Of a DNA stretch of 64,000 bases, positions 28,301 through 37,793 are shown piece after piece. Each line of letters begins with the position of its first letter. Position 1 is the first letter of the stretch. The notes beneath the pieces were generated by a model. The model was not told the DNA's origin, made no database searches, and saw only the letters and a program-made list of their open reading frames with translations. The DNA is from an uncultured Bacillales bacterium (GTDB lineage Bacteria; Bacillota_I; Bacilli_A; Acholeplasmatales; Anaeroplasmataceae). The stretch lies in the NCBI GenBank assembly GCA_946405105.1, contig CAMJFY010000007.1:882-64881 (forward strand). Direction: 5' to 3'. A program made the translations under genes and the position numbers.

Positions 28301-28328
28301 AAGGTCGCAAATTGCGGCCTTTTTTTTG
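28301..28328 (+). terminator. rho-independent terminator of the str operon
   Basis: AAGGTCGCAA at TTGCGGCCTT TTTTTTT. Confidence 0.8.
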
Positions 28329-28366
28329 TTCTATATGTTATAATAGTTTAAAGGAGAAATATAATT

Positions 28367-28549
28367 ATGAGAACATTTAAATTAACTTTAGCTTTAAAAG
28401 ACGGAACAAAGGTATGGATTAATCCACAATTTATTGTAAAGATGGAAAAGACAATAATGGGAGAATATTATGTTTTTTTAATTACTGGTGAAAAATATTT
28501 AGTTTCATCAAGGATGGCTTCAACAATTGAAGATTGTCTAGAAGGATAA
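28367..28549 (+). CDS. small hypothetical protein (60 aa)
   Basis: AAAGGAG SD 10 nt upstream. It has its own terminator directly after the stop. No motif recognised. Confidence 0.5.
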   Translation: MRTFKLTLALKDGTKVWINPQFIVKMEKTIMGEYYVFLITGEKYLVSSRMASTIEDCLEG

Positions 28550-28551
28550 TT

Positions 28552-28577
28552 AGGTAGTTTTCAACTACCTTTTTTTA
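28552..28577 (+). terminator. rho-independent terminator
   Basis: AGGTAGTT ttca AACTACCT TTTTTT. Confidence 0.75.
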
Positions 28578-28624
28578 TTATAATTAATTATGATATAATA
28601 TTATTGTTTTGTGGGGGTGCTATT

Positions 28625-29296
28625 ATGAAATACGATTGTTTAATAGTAGATGATGAAAAAGAATTAGCTATGAGCACATCTGAATATTTTAATTTATTTA
28701 ATATTAAAACAGCTTCAGTATATTCTAAAAATGACGCAATTGATTTCTTAAAAGAAAATCAATGCTCTTTAATATTATTAGATATTAATTTAGGTGATGG
28801 TTCAGGGTTTGAACTTTGTAAATATATTAGAGAAGAAAGCAATATCCCTATTTTATTTATCTCAGCTAGAAATACAGATGACGATAAAATAATAGCCCTA
28901 AATATAGGTGGAGATGACTATATAGAAAAGCCATACTCACTTGGCGTTTTACTTGCTAAAGTAAAAGTAGTATTAAAAAGATATTCAAATACTACAGATA
29001 TTTATGATGATGGTTATTTAAAAATAGATTTTAAAAATAATAATGTATCAGTTAATTCAAAAGAAATTAAATTAACATCAATCGAATATAAATTATTATT
29101 TTATTTAGTAAATAATAAAAATAAATTAATAACCAAAGATGAATTATTTGTTAATGTATGGAATGATAAGTATACCCAAGATGGAACATTAAATGTTCAC
29201 ATAAGAAAAATAAGAGAACAAATAGAAGTAGATCCTAATAATCCAAAGTATATTATTACAGTTTGGAAGGAAGGATATAAATTTATAGGTAAATAA
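28625..29296 (+). CDS. OmpR-family response regulator
   Basis: ATG 28625. Receiver domain (LIVDDEKE...LLDINLGDGSGFE...ARNTDDDKI) and winged-helix output (TLNVHIRKIREQIE...IITVWKEGYKF). Confidence 0.9.
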   Translation: MKYDCLIVDDEKELAMSTSEYFNLFNIKTASVYSKNDAIDFLKENQCSLILLDINLGDGSGFELCKYIREESNIPILFISARNTDDDKIIALNIGGDDYIEKPYSLGVLLAKVKVVLKRYSNTTDIYDDGYLKIDFKNNNVSVNSKEIKLTSIEYKLLFYLVNNKNKLITKDELFVNVWNDKYTQDGTLNVHIRKIREQIEVDPNNPKYIITVWKEGYKFIGK

Positions 29297-29297
29297 T

Positions 29298-30539
29298 ATG
29301 AAAAAAAGATATCTTTTTATTGTTCTTGCAATAACTTTAATTGTTGAAGTTATATTAACCATTATTTTTGTTATTAATATAAATTCTACTAAAAATGATA
29401 CAGTTAAAATAAATGAGATAGTCCATACAATCGAAAACAATTATGATAATACTGATAAATATCCTAATTATTATAATTATTCAATTATTGATAATGATGG
29501 GAAATTATTATATAGAAATTCAGAACATACTTCCCTATCTTTAAATGAAGCTATTAGAAATGGAGATTTAATAATTGATTTATCAATTGATGGAAGCAAT
29601 TATAAATTATTAATTGAAAATACATATGTTAAACAAATATCTAATTTTAAAATAGCTTTTATTATTTCATTAATAATTATATCTTTAGTTCAAATATTGT
29701 CATTTATTTTATATTATATTTATCTTCATTTATCTATTATTAAGCCTTTTGATGATATGAAGGATTTCGCATCAAGAGTTGCGGGAGGAAATCTAGATAT
29801 TCCTCTAACAATGGATAAAGGTCAAAATTTTGGTGCGTTCACTGAAAGCTTTGATATTATGAGAAACGAGCTTAAAAAGGCTAAAATAGCCGAAATGGAA
29901 GCTGAAAAATCAAAAAGAGAATTAGTAGCTAGATTATCTCATGATATTAAGACACCAGTTTCATCTATTAAATCTATTTCTGAGGTTGGTGCCATAAAGT
30001 CAGAATCTGATAAAGAAAGATTTGATATGATAAATAAAAAGGCAGATCAAATTAATACATTAGTTAATAATTTATTTACTATAACAATAGAAGAATTAGA
30101 TGAACTTTCAATTAATCCAATTGAAATACCAAGCTATGTAGTTTCTGAATTAATAAAGAATTCAGATTATTTAAATAGAGGAAATAAATTTATTATCCCT
30201 GAATGTAATATTTATGCAGATAGATTAAGATTACAACAAGTATTTGATAATGTATTTGCGAATTCATATAAGTATGCCAATACTGATATTGAAATAAATG
30301 CTAATATAGAAAATGATTTTTTAATAATTAGTATTAAAGATTTTGGTGATTCTATTTCTGATAATGATATTCCTTTATTATTAGAAAAATATAAAAGAGG
30401 TTCTAATATAAAAGAAAAAGAAGGATCAGGCTTAGGATTATATATTTCTAAGAGATTTATGGATGCCATGAATGGAAATATAGAAATAATAAATGATCAT
30501 CCTGGATTTAAAGTTTTATTATATTTAAGAATTATTTAA
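29298..30539 (+). CDS. sensor histidine kinase
   Basis: Two TM segments flank a roughly 100-aa extracytoplasmic domain. HAMP-like region, H-box RLSHDIKTPVSSI, N and G boxes (NSYKYA; GSGLGLYISK). Confidence 0.9.
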   Translation: MKKRYLFIVLAITLIVEVILTIIFVININSTKNDTVKINEIVHTIENNYDNTDKYPNYYNYSIIDNDGKLLYRNSEHTSLSLNEAIRNGDLIIDLSIDGSNYKLLIENTYVKQISNFKIAFIISLIIISLVQILSFILYYIYLHLSIIKPFDDMKDFASRVAGGNLDIPLTMDKGQNFGAFTESFDIMRNELKKAKIAEMEAEKSKRELVARLSHDIKTPVSSIKSISEVGAIKSESDKERFDMINKKADQINTLVNNLFTITIEELDELSINPIEIPSYVVSELIKNSDYLNRGNKFIIPECNIYADRLRLQQVFDNVFANSYKYANTDIEINANIENDFLIISIKDFGDSISDNDIPLLLEKYKRGSNIKEKEGSGLGLYISKRFMDAMNGNIEIINDHPGFKVLLYLRII

Positions 30540-30603
30540 GAATTAGATAAAGATTCTTAAGATTAAAAATAATAAAATAATGCTGTAAAAAGGAGATAAT
30601 GAT

Positions 30604-31365
30604 ATGGAAAAGAATGTAATTATTAAAACAAATAAATTATGTAAATCATTTTCTAATGGCGGTGTTTTACAGCATGTATTAAAAAATATAGATTTAGAAA
30701 TCTATAGAGGTGACTTTACAGTAATCATGGGTGCCTCTGGAGCTGGTAAATCTACATTACTTTATGCATTATCTGGAATGGATAAGCCAACACTTGGAAG
30801 TATTATCTTTAACGATAATGAAATTACTAAGATGACAAGTGATGAATTAGCAATGTTTAGAAGAAGTTCTTCAGGCTTTGTATTCCAATCAATTTATTTA
30901 ATTGATTCTATGAGTGTCCTAGATAATGTATTATGTGCCGGCCTATTAACTAATAAAAATAAAAAAGAAGTAGTTGAAAACTCAAAAAATATTTTAAAAT
31001 CTGTAGATATTGAAGAATCATTATGGAATAAATTCCCTAACCAAATGTCTGGTGGTGAATGTCAAAGAGTAGGTATCGCAAGAGCTTTAATTAATAAGCC
31101 TGCAATACTATTTGCAGATGAACCTACAGGTGCCCTAAATTCTAAGACAGGAAAAGATGTCTTAGATACATTAACTAAGGCAAACGATAATGGACAATCA
31201 ATCGTTATGGTTACACATGATATCGTATCTGCAAGAAGAGCTAATCGTATATTATATATAAAGGACGGAGAAATTGCAGGAGAGCTTGATTTAGGTAAAT
31301 ATATCCCACATGATCAAGAAAGACATCAAAAGCTAAATGACTTTTTAGTATCAATGGGGTGGTAA
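30604..31365 (+). CDS. ABC transporter ATP-binding protein (MacB/FtsE-like)
   Basis: GASGAGKSTL, LSGGECQRVGIARAL, LFADEPTGALN. Confidence 0.9.
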   Translation: MEKNVIIKTNKLCKSFSNGGVLQHVLKNIDLEIYRGDFTVIMGASGAGKSTLLYALSGMDKPTLGSIIFNDNEITKMTSDELAMFRRSSSGFVFQSIYLIDSMSVLDNVLCAGLLTNKNKKEVVENSKNILKSVDIEESLWNKFPNQMSGGECQRVGIARALINKPAILFADEPTGALNSKTGKDVLDTLTKANDNGQSIVMVTHDIVSARRANRILYIKDGEIAGELDLGKYIPHDQERHQKLNDFLVSMGW

Positions 31366-31366
31366 T

Positions 31367-33706
31367 ATGAAAGAAGTATTATTAGCCAAATCAAATTTTA
31401 AAAAGAAAAAAAGCATATCTATAGCTATTGGCTTAATTATGCTTTTAGCATCATTCTTAATTACATTAAGCTTATTATTAATATTAGATGCATATCCAAA
31501 TACTAATAAATATGCTAAAAAGCTAAATGCTGGTGATGGCGTATCAATTATTTATAATGATTTAGAAAATATTGATGATGCCGCAATTTCAAAAGCCTTT
31601 AATGGTTGCAAAGAATATGAACTAACTGAATATCAATTCTTTCCAGTAACATCATTTAAATTTGGCGATGGTGATTTAGTTAGTAATTTATTAATAAATG
31701 ATTCTAAAGTGTTTAGTAAGAATTTAGAAAGAACAGAAGTATGTAAAGAAGATAAATCAATTACTTCAAATTATATTTATCTACCTTATCAATTTAAAAC
31801 ATCTGGATCAGTAAAAATTAAAGATAAATATTCTTTAACATTAAATAGTAAAACATATGAATATACTGTAAAAGGATTTACATCTACAACATCATTTGGA
31901 TGTAGTAATGCAGGTTTCTTTGAATTTGTATTAGATGATGCATCATATCAAACTTTAAAATCAGATATGAATAGTAATTCATATGTTATTTCATATAGTG
32001 TTTCTAATTCAATTAAAGCTGATAAGATGCATTTACAAATTAAAAATGAAATTCAAAAAATAAATTCAAATTCATTAGTAGAAGGTACAACATTAGATTC
32101 TATTATATTTAATAGAGGATTTATGGCTTTAATATTAGCTATTTCGTTTGTAATGGTATCTGCAATATTATTAGTTGTAGTAATATTAATGTTATCTAAT
32201 TCTATTTCTAATTTTATAAAAGAAAATATGAAAGAAATAGGAGCCTTAAAAGCTATTGGATATACTAGTCAAAATATTAGAATATCATTAATTATTCAAT
32301 TTTTAATGTTATCTATTATAGGATCTATATTAGGTGTTTTAGTTGGTTATTTATCAATGCCTATGATGAAGGGATTAGTTGAAAATCAACAAGGCTTAGT
32401 ATATAATCCATCATTTAATGCTTTAGCAGTATTTGTCCCAATTATATTTATAATATTATTTACATCATTATTAGTATTCTTAACAACAATGAAAGTTAAA
32501 AAGATTGAACCAATAATTGCTTTAAGAGAAGGAATTCAAACACATAATTTTAAAAAGAATATGATTCCTTTAGAAAAATCTAAAGGTGGTCTAAATATCT
32601 CTTTAGCATTAAAAACATTATTTAATAATATTGGTCAAAATATAATTACTTTCTTTGTAGTAGGTTTAATGACATTTAGCTGTGTAATCGCACTATTAAT
32701 GTTTGAAAACTTTAACAGAAAGCCTAGAGTTGATATGTTAACATTTGAAACATGTAGTGGAGTTGTCGCAATTGACAAAGAAAAGAAGGCTGAAGTATAT
32801 AATTATTTATTAAATGAAAGAAAAGATATAACAAATGTTAAGAATATGATTAATCTTACATTAATATATGGAGATAATGATGCAGAAATATTTGCATATG
32901 TTATTGATTATATTAATAAATTAAATAATAAAAATGTTTGTTATAAGGGAAGATTCCCAGTAAGTGATGACGAAATCGCAATAAGTGGTAAATTCGCCAA
33001 AGCATATGGATATAAATATGGTGAAGAAATAGAGTTTAATTATGCAGGTAATAAGAAGAAATTTTTAATTACTGGATTAATTCAAACATGTAATAATGGT
33101 GGTTCTGAATGCGTCTTATCTACATCAGCTATTAAAGACTTAGTAGATACTGATAATCTTGATGCATATTATTGGTTTGATTCAACAACTAAAGCAGAAG
33201 ATGTATTTAATGATTTAAAAGATAGATATGGTGATCATATTATAACTACAATGGATTTTGATAAGGTTATGGAAGCTGGTCTTGCTAACTTCAAATCTAT
33301 TGCAGCAGTTATGTTAATTGCTATATTAGTAATATCTGCCGTAGCAATATTATTAGTTCTATATTTATTAGTTAAATCTTTAATGCAAAAGAAGAAAAAG
33401 GATTATGGTATCTTAAAGGCATTAGGATATAAATCAAAAGATTTAATATTACAAACTGCAATATCATTTATGCCAGCAATAATTATATCAATTATCTTAT
33501 TCTCTATTGGCTCATATTTTATCGCAAACCCATATATGAATTTAATTATGATTAATTTTGGAATTATGAAATGTGATTTTAGTATTCCTGTAGTTGGAAT
33601 AATTTTAATTGCAATATTCTTAATTGCATTATCATTTGGATTTGCAGTATTTGAAGCAAGAAGAATAAAGAAAATTGAACCATATAATTTATTAATCGCA
33701 GAATAA
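31367..33706 (+). CDS. FtsX-family ABC transporter permease (tandem FtsX domains)
   Basis: 779 aa. There are two FtsX-type 4-TM bundles, each preceded by a large extracytoplasmic domain. The repeated motif KKIEPIIALRE / RIKKIEPYNLL follows each half. Confidence 0.85.
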   Translation: MKEVLLAKSNFKKKKSISIAIGLIMLLASFLITLSLLLILDAYPNTNKYAKKLNAGDGVSIIYNDLENIDDAAISKAFNGCKEYELTEYQFFPVTSFKFGDGDLVSNLLINDSKVFSKNLERTEVCKEDKSITSNYIYLPYQFKTSGSVKIKDKYSLTLNSKTYEYTVKGFTSTTSFGCSNAGFFEFVLDDASYQTLKSDMNSNSYVISYSVSNSIKADKMHLQIKNEIQKINSNSLVEGTTLDSIIFNRGFMALILAISFVMVSAILLVVVILMLSNSISNFIKENMKEIGALKAIGYTSQNIRISLIIQFLMLSIIGSILGVLVGYLSMPMMKGLVENQQGLVYNPSFNALAVFVPIIFIILFTSLLVFLTTMKVKKIEPIIALREGIQTHNFKKNMIPLEKSKGGLNISLALKTLFNNIGQNIITFFVVGLMTFSCVIALLMFENFNRKPRVDMLTFETCSGVVAIDKEKKAEVYNYLLNERKDITNVKNMINLTLIYGDNDAEIFAYVIDYINKLNNKNVCYKGRFPVSDDEIAISGKFAKAYGYKYGEEIEFNYAGNKKKFLITGLIQTCNNGGSECVLSTSAIKDLVDTDNLDAYYWFDSTTKAEDVFNDLKDRYGDHIITTMDFDKVMEAGLANFKSIAAVMLIAILVISAVAILLVLYLLVKSLMQKKKKDYGILKALGYKSKDLILQTAISFMPAIIISIILFSIGSYFIANPYMNLIMINFGIMKCDFSIPVVGIILIAIFLIALSFGFAVFEARRIKKIEPYNLLIAE

Positions 33707-33711
33707 TGATT

Positions 33712-33740
33712 AACGAGGATTTTATCCTCGTTTTTCTTTT
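33712..33740 (+). terminator. rho-independent terminator
   Basis: AACGAGGAT ttt ATCCTCGTT TTTCTTTT. Confidence 0.8.
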
Positions 33741-33774
33741 ATTGTGATATAATATTAAAAAGAGGTGGAAATAT

Positions 33775-34215
33775 ATGAATACAAGATATTTATTTGAACA
33801 TGATGTTTTACCAAAATTATTTTCTAAAGACCCTGTTAAGGTTATTAACAAGGCATTAACAGAAAAAGAAGATTTCATTTTTAAAACTTTAAAGAAAATA
33901 TATGATAATAAAAATGAAGTTTGTCCTTTTCAATTAATGGATATATCAATTGAAATTAAAAGTGATCAAGGATTTGATTTTATAATAATTGATATGCCTA
34001 AAAGAGATATTGAACCAGGAAACTGTCATCAAATTATTTTAGTATATTCTTTCTTATTAGATTTATTCCAATATTACACTGTAGAAGCAGGATTTAATCC
34101 TAAAAATGGTGCATTTAAATCACTTGCCGCATGGGTAGAAAATTCTCATATCTCATTTGGTGATTTAGGTGATGATGATGTTATTCAAAGAATTTTAAAT
34201 ACTTTACAGGTATAA
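33775..34215 (+). CDS. hypothetical cytoplasmic protein (146 aa)
   Basis: GAGGTGG SD and the extended -10 TGTGATATAAT lie upstream. No motif recognised. Confidence 0.55.
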   Translation: MNTRYLFEHDVLPKLFSKDPVKVINKALTEKEDFIFKTLKKIYDNKNEVCPFQLMDISIEIKSDQGFDFIIIDMPKRDIEPGNCHQIILVYSFLLDLFQYYTVEAGFNPKNGAFKSLAAWVENSHISFGDLGDDDVIQRILNTLQV

Positions 34216-34282
34216 TTTTAATTATAAAGTTGAAAAAATATTTAAAAGTTTTATAATATTAAATTAGAAGGAGAAAAGAAAA

Positions 34283-35005
34283 ATGAAAAAATTTTTTAGT
34301 GATTTCAAGGCATTCATTTCACGTGGCAATATCCTAGATATGGCTGTCGGCGTTGTTATTGGTGGTGCATTTGGTGCAATCGTAACTGCATTAGTTAATA
34401 TCTTATTATCTGTATGCTTATGGGCTGTACCAGGAGGCTTAAAAGGTTTAGTTACTGTACTACCTGCAATTAACAATGTTCAAAAAGGTATGAACGCATC
34501 AATTGGCTTAGGTCAAAAGTTCGCAGCTGCTGACTTACACGCTTTAGGTGTTAAGCTTGCTGAAGCTAATTATTCTGAGCAACTTGCTAATAATGCTGAT
34601 TATTTAGTTGAAAACCCTAACCTAATCGAATCAAGCAAGGCTACAATTTTAGGTAAGTATACATTACATGGTACAACTTATACTTATAATATGTCAGCTG
34701 TAATTGACTGGGGTGCATTTATTAATGCAGTTATTTCATTCATCATTATTGCTATCGTATTATTCATCATCGTTAAGGTTGCTATGGCATCTGCTAAGAA
34801 GCGTGAAGAATTAAAGAAGAAAGCTGAAGAAGAAAAATATAAGAAATGGGCTGCTGCTCATCCAGAAGAAGCTGCTGAATTAGAAGCTAAGAAGGCTGCT
34901 GAAGCTGAAGAAGCTGGTAAGCCAGTTGTTGATCCTGTTGTTGCTCTATTAGAAGAAATTAGAGATGAACTAAAGGATGACAAAGCTAAAGCTAAAGCTG
35001 AATAA
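34283..35005 (+). CDS. mscL: large-conductance mechanosensitive channel MscL with an expanded loop and a charged tail
   Basis: N-terminus [32 protein letters not shown] is the MscL signature. The protein is 240 aa, against about 130-150 aa for typical MscL. Confidence 0.8.
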   Translation: MKKFFSDFKAFISRGNILDMAVGVVIGGAFGAIVTALVNILLSVCLWAVPGGLKGLVTVLPAINNVQKGMNASIGLGQKFAAADLHALGVKLAEANYSEQLANNADYLVENPNLIESSKATILGKYTLHGTTYTYNMSAVIDWGAFINAVISFIIIAIVLFIIVKVAMASAKKREELKKKAEEEKYKKWAAAHPEEAAELEAKKAAEAEEAGKPVVDPVVALLEEIRDELKDDKAKAKAE

Positions 35006-35011
35006 GAATAT

Positions 35012-35045
35012 AAGGCTAAATTAATTTAGCCTTTTTTCTTTTTTC
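35012..35045 (+). terminator. rho-independent terminator
   Basis: AAGGCTAAA ttaa TTTAGCCTT TTTTCTTTTTT. Confidence 0.8.
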
Positions 35046-35088
35046 TGATTTTTAAATGTGGTAAAATATTTCTTATAGAGGTACTATT

Positions 35089-37023
35089 ATGAGAAGAAAG
35101 AGATCAAATATAATTAGAGAATTTTATTATTCTCATCCATATTTAGTTATTTTTAATATTTTAATCATTTATAATGTCGCAATAATATTATTATTCTCAT
35201 TATTATTAGCCTATCTAAAGGATGGAACAATTAATGGTAATAATTATTTAGAAGCAATTCAATATTGTGCTATTTATACAATGAATTCAGGAGATATTTG
35301 GAGTGACGCTCCAACTAAAGTAATTATCTTAAAGATTATAATTAACACAACTCAGATGATTACATTCTCAGGAGCTCTAATTGGTCTTGCAACATCAATG
35401 CTTCAAAATTTATTCAATAGAAGAGTTCATAATGTTGGAAAGCTAAAAATTAAAAATCATTTCATAATCTTAAACTGGTCTCCAATCGGAGCTAATCTAA
35501 TTAAAGAATTATCTTATATGCCAGGTAAAAAGACTGTAGTTATTTTATCTTTAATAGATAGAGATAGAATAATTGAAGAAATAGATAATTTATTCTTAGA
35601 ATCTAATATTGAAAGAAGAAACATAAGAATATTTGTTAAAAAGGGAGATCCTGCCTCTAGAAAAGCATTAAAGGAAATTAGCATTGAAAAATGTCAATCT
35701 ATTGCCTTACTTTCTAAAGCAACTTGGATTAATTCAAAGGATTTAAATGACGCAGATTCATTTAAAATCTTAATGTCTATTTTAAGTATCGATAAAAAAG
35801 CTAATGTAATAGTAGAAGTAAATAATGATAATGTATCAAAAGAAATAGCTGACCTAATGAAGGCATCTAACGACCTAAAGACAGCAAATGTTTCAATTTT
35901 CTCTAGAAATACAATTGTTGGTCATGCCTTAGGTAGAGCGGCAATCAATACTTCATTTGCTGACCTATATTATTATTTATTATCTTATGAAGGTGGAAGC
36001 TTCTATTCAATTGATAAAAAAATTGAAATAAGTGATGCCTTAAAATATTACAATATGGCAATTCCTATTGCTTCATATAAAGAAAAAGATGGAGAAAAAT
36101 TATATTTATATTCTAAAAAAGAATTTGTATATAAGAGCTTATTTAAAAAAGAAACAACTAAGACCCTAGATTTTAAAAAGAATTTATTAAAAAATAATTT
36201 TACATTATTCGTTATAGGCGAAAATGAAAGATCAAGTTCTATTTTAGATGTTGTTGATACTCATAATAATGTTAAAGATGGAAAGATAAGATGTAAAATA
36301 TATCCTACATCAATTGATATTAATTTATTAGTAGATGATATTAATAATACATCAGGAAGAAAGAAAGTATTAATATTATCAGATGAAAATGTATCTAGAG
36401 AAGAACAAGATAATAATGTATTCTTAACATTAATTAAATTAAAGACAAATGATAAATTTGATAAGAAAACAGAATTATATGCTGAAATCTTTGATCCATC
36501 ATCTAGATTCTCTTTAGAGAGTTTAAATATATCAGGATTAATTATTTCTAATGAAATGGTTGCGTTATACATTGCACAAATATTAACACATCCTACATCT
36601 CATAGATTCTATGAAGATTTATTAATTAAGAATTTTGAATCTGAAGATATTTCATTAGATTTCGATGTTAGAAAAGCAAAAGAATTAATTGATATTAAAG
36701 AAGATTTAGTATTTAATTCTAAATTAGAATTTATTAATGCCTTATATAATTCATCTAATCATGAATATCTTCCAATTGGATTTGTTGGAATGAATAAGAA
36801 AAAGACATTACTAGATGGTGTAACATCTATTATTGAATCTGCCGTAAATGTTACAGATAAGATGATTGGTTCAATAACTAATGCCCTAACTCTATCTGAT
36901 TCACCTACAGATTCACCAATTGATAAAACAAATATTGAGATATTTGATAATAATTTAAGAAAACAAGAAAAAATAACAATAACAAAAGAAACTATAATTA
37001 TTGTAGCCCACTATAAAGGATAA
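35089..37023 (+). CDS. 2-TM ion channel with tandem RCK/TrkA-like cytoplasmic domains (CASTOR/POLLUX-like architecture)
   Basis: TM1, then a pore-like segment YCAIYTMNSGDIWSD, then TM2. Next comes HFIILNWSPIGANLIKEL (Rossmann-like RCK start) and a second domain beginning FTLFVIGENERSSSIL. Confidence 0.55.
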   Translation: MRRKRSNIIREFYYSHPYLVIFNILIIYNVAIILLFSLLLAYLKDGTINGNNYLEAIQYCAIYTMNSGDIWSDAPTKVIILKIIINTTQMITFSGALIGLATSMLQNLFNRRVHNVGKLKIKNHFIILNWSPIGANLIKELSYMPGKKTVVILSLIDRDRIIEEIDNLFLESNIERRNIRIFVKKGDPASRKALKEISIEKCQSIALLSKATWINSKDLNDADSFKILMSILSIDKKANVIVEVNNDNVSKEIADLMKASNDLKTANVSIFSRNTIVGHALGRAAINTSFADLYYYLLSYEGGSFYSIDKKIEISDALKYYNMAIPIASYKEKDGEKLYLYSKKEFVYKSLFKKETTKTLDFKKNLLKNNFTLFVIGENERSSSILDVVDTHNNVKDGKIRCKIYPTSIDINLLVDDINNTSGRKKVLILSDENVSREEQDNNVFLTLIKLKTNDKFDKKTELYAEIFDPSSRFSLESLNISGLIISNEMVALYIAQILTHPTSHRFYEDLLIKNFESEDISLDFDVRKAKELIDIKEDLVFNSKLEFINALYNSSNHEYLPIGFVGMNKKKTLLDGVTSIIESAVNVTDKMIGSITNALTLSDSPTDSPIDKTNIEIFDNNLRKQEKITITKETIIIVAHYKG

Positions 37024-37028
37024 ATTAT

Positions 37029-37784
37029 ATGATTGATACACATTCTCATCTATTTGAAGATGAATTTAAAGATGATATAGATAATTGCATAACAAGAGCA
37101 AAAGAAGCTGGAATAGAAAAAATCATGTTAGTAGGCTTTTCTTATGATACTAATAGGAAAGCCCAAGAATTAGCTAAAAAATATGATATATTTTATCCTA
37201 CGGCAGGAGTGCATCCTGAAGAAGCAGATAAAGATTATTTAAATAAATTTAATGAATTAAAAGAATTTATTGAAAATAATAAGGTATATGCGATTGGAGA
37301 ATGTGGCTTAGATTATTATTGGGATATAACTTATAAAGAAGAACAAAAAGAATTATTAAAACTTCAATGTAAATTAGCTAAAGAAAAAGATTTACCTATT
37401 ATTATTCATATGAGAGAAGCCACAAAGGATACATATGACATTTTAAAGGATTATAAGGGCCTAAGAGGTGTTATGCATTGCTATAGTGGTTCATATGAAA
37501 TGGCAAAAGAATTTATAAAGCTTGGCTTTTATATATCACTTGGTGGTCCTGTAACATTTAAAAATGCTAAGGAACCTAAGCTTATAGCAAAAGAAATACC
37601 TTTAGATAAATTATTAATTGAAACAGATTGCCCATTTCTAGCTCCTACACCATTTAGAGGAAAAAGAAATGAATCAGCATATGTTAAATATGTATGTGAA
37701 GAAATAGCTAATATTAGAGGTATAAGCTTTGAAGAAGTAGATAAGATTACTACTTTAAATGCTATTAATTTATTTAAAATCTAG
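37029..37784 (+). CDS. tatD: TatD-family metal-dependent hydrolase (DNase)
   Basis: MIDTHSHL, GECGLDYYW, IIHMREA, HCYSGS, ETDCPFLAP. Confidence 0.9.
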   Translation: MIDTHSHLFEDEFKDDIDNCITRAKEAGIEKIMLVGFSYDTNRKAQELAKKYDIFYPTAGVHPEEADKDYLNKFNELKEFIENNKVYAIGECGLDYYWDITYKEEQKELLKLQCKLAKEKDLPIIIHMREATKDTYDILKDYKGLRGVMHCYSGSYEMAKEFIKLGFYISLGGPVTFKNAKEPKLIAKEIPLDKLLIETDCPFLAPTPFRGKRNESAYVKYVCEEIANIRGISFEEVDKITTLNAINLFKI

Positions 37785-37793
37785 GTGATTTAT

